Both the position numbers and the translations under genes were made by a program. This document shows positions 15,683-16,694 of a stretch of DNA of 16,694 nucleotides, piece by piece. Every line of letters begins with the position of its first letter. The first letter of the stretch is position 1. This stretch comes from a virus, in the IMG/VR virus record IMGVR_UViG_3300045988_130311; one strand, given 5' to 3'. The notes under the pieces were generated by a model. It was not told the origin of the DNA. It searched no databases and was given only the letters and a program-made list of their open reading frames with translations.

Positions 15683-15714
15683 GGCGCCGGGAAAGACCCC
15701 GCGCCCAGTTTTTT
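15683..15714 (+). terminator. Rho-independent terminator after the HNH gene
   Basis: GC-rich stem GGCGCCGGG / CCCCGCGCC (one C-C mismatch), loop AAAGA, followed by CAG and six T (15709-15714). Confidence 0.65.
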
Positions 15715-15739
15715 CTCCCCCCAACACGGGAGAAAAAAC
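15708..15739. repeat. Perfect 12-bp inverted repeat GTTTTTTCTCCC (8-nt loop) GGGAGAAAAAAC
   Basis: Read directly. It shares the T-run with the terminator and lies in the HNH-terS intergenic region, where cos sites of HNH phages usually map. Confidence 0.8.
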
Positions 15740-15785
15740 GGCACGAAAACGTTGGAACATCAAGGAAAAGAAAGGATACGGATAA

Positions 15786-16100
15786 ATGAGCCAAAACACG
15801 TTCGACATTTTCGACGATACCGCCGGCCGGCACGTCGGGCAACAGGAAAAGGCCACCCGTCGGCTGATCGAGAGCCTTACCGAGCGTTCGGGCGGCGACC
15901 TTGACCCGTTCGCCACCACGCTATGCGCCAGCCTGTTGTCCTTGGCCCAGAACATCGACACACAGCGCAACGCCGGCAAGGAGATCAGCCGCAACATGAA
16001 CACGTACCTGGACAACGTGCAGCGCCTTCAGGACATGTACCCGCCGGAACCGAAGGTGGACGAAGACGTGGCCGCCTACTTGGCCGAGGCGAAGGCATGA
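15786..16100 (+). CDS. terS: Terminase small subunit (assigned by position)
   Basis: 104-aa ORF whose stop overlaps the terL ATG (ATGA). RBS-like GAAAGGA lies upstream. No diagnostic motif was recognised. Confidence 0.55.
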   Translation: MSQNTFDIFDDTAGRHVGQQEKATRRLIESLTERSGGDLDPFATTLCASLLSLAQNIDTQRNAGKEISRNMNTYLDNVQRLQDMYPPEPKVDEDVAAYLAEAKA

Positions 16101-16694
16101 CCAGGGAACCGCCGCTTATGCGAGCCGGAACGCGCCGCGACCCATCGCGCCGCACAGACGGCAACGTGGTGGCGCGCACTGCCGAACTGTTGGGCAAACC
16201 GTTGTTGCCTTGGCAACGGTACGTCGCGGACGTGGCCGGCGAACTGGACGACGCCACAGGCGCGTACCGGTATGACACCATCGTGCTTACCACGCCCCGC
16301 CAGTGCGGCAAAAGCACGTTGATAGACACCGAGGACACGCGCAACGCCCAGCTTGGACGCGATAGGAAGATCTATTACCTTGCCCAGACCGGCAAGGACG
16401 CCGAACAGCATTTCAAGGAATACGTGAAGCAACTGAGGGACAGCCGGCTGGCACCGCTGGCCCTGAAGCCACGACTGAGCAACGGCGGCATGGAACAGCG
16501 GTTCGCCAACGGCAGCTTCATACGCCCTTTGGCCGTCACGAAGGTGGCCGGCCACGGCGTGCAGATGGACAAATTCACCCTGGACGAGGCTTTTAGCCTG
16601 ACCGAAGAGGCCGGCTATATGATCTTGGACGGCTTGGGGCCGACCATGAACACCCGCTTAAGGTTCACCGGCGTGCAACCTCAAATGTGGATTA
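16097..16694 (+). CDS. terL: Terminase large subunit, N-terminal ATPase part (continues through the circle junction into 120..979)
   Basis: ATG at 16097 overlaps the upstream stop (ATGA). Translation contains Walker A-like TTPRQCGKST and Walker B-like KFTLDEA. There is no stop before the window end, and the frame matches ORF 44..979 once 16576 is mapped to 1. The joined length is 1458 nt (485 aa). Confidence 0.9.
   Translation, partial: MTREPPLMRAGTRRDPSRRTDGNVVARTAELLGKPLLPWQRYVADVAGELDDATGAYRYDTIVLTTPRQCGKSTLIDTEDTRNAQLGRDRKIYYLAQTGKDAEQHFKEYVKQLRDSRLAPLALKPRLSNGGMEQRFANGSFIRPLAVTKVAGHGVQMDKFTLDEAFSLTEEAGYMILDGLGPTMNTRLRFTGVQPQMWI
16576..16694. repeat. Terminal overlap, copy 2 (identical to 1-119)
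   Basis: Same 119-nt string as the window start. The reading frame of the ORF from 16097 continues into ORF 44..979. Confidence 0.95.

Overview
The window is a closed circle. Bases 1-119 are identical to 16576-16694, giving a 16,575-bp unit, and the large-terminase gene runs across the junction. The content is a complete, very compact, high-GC temperate siphovirus-like genome, actinobacterial in style and possibly Bifidobacterium-like (the host call is inference only). One rightward late operon encodes small and large terminase, an HK97-type portal, a prohead protease fused to the major capsid protein, head-tail proteins, the major tail protein, G/G-T chaperones with a canonical GGGAAAC slip site, the tape measure, two tail-tip proteins and a lysis cassette. 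A leftward tyrosine integrase converges on the holin gene. Next to the integrase lie a perfect 7-7-7 palindrome and an intact 3-prime fragment of the host gene trmB, which suggests integration into trmB with replacement of its 3-prime end. The roughly 3-kb early region holds only an XRE regulator, a few tiny ORFs, a winged-helix-like protein, an excisionase-like HTH protein and an HNH fusion, with no recognisable replication gene. The most unusual stretch is a hairpin-rich non-coding block of about 390 nt ending in four tandem DnaA-box-like repeats (TTATCCAC). This block is a candidate host-dependent origin, operator array or structured RNA. All functional calls come from reading motifs by eye; no database search was run.
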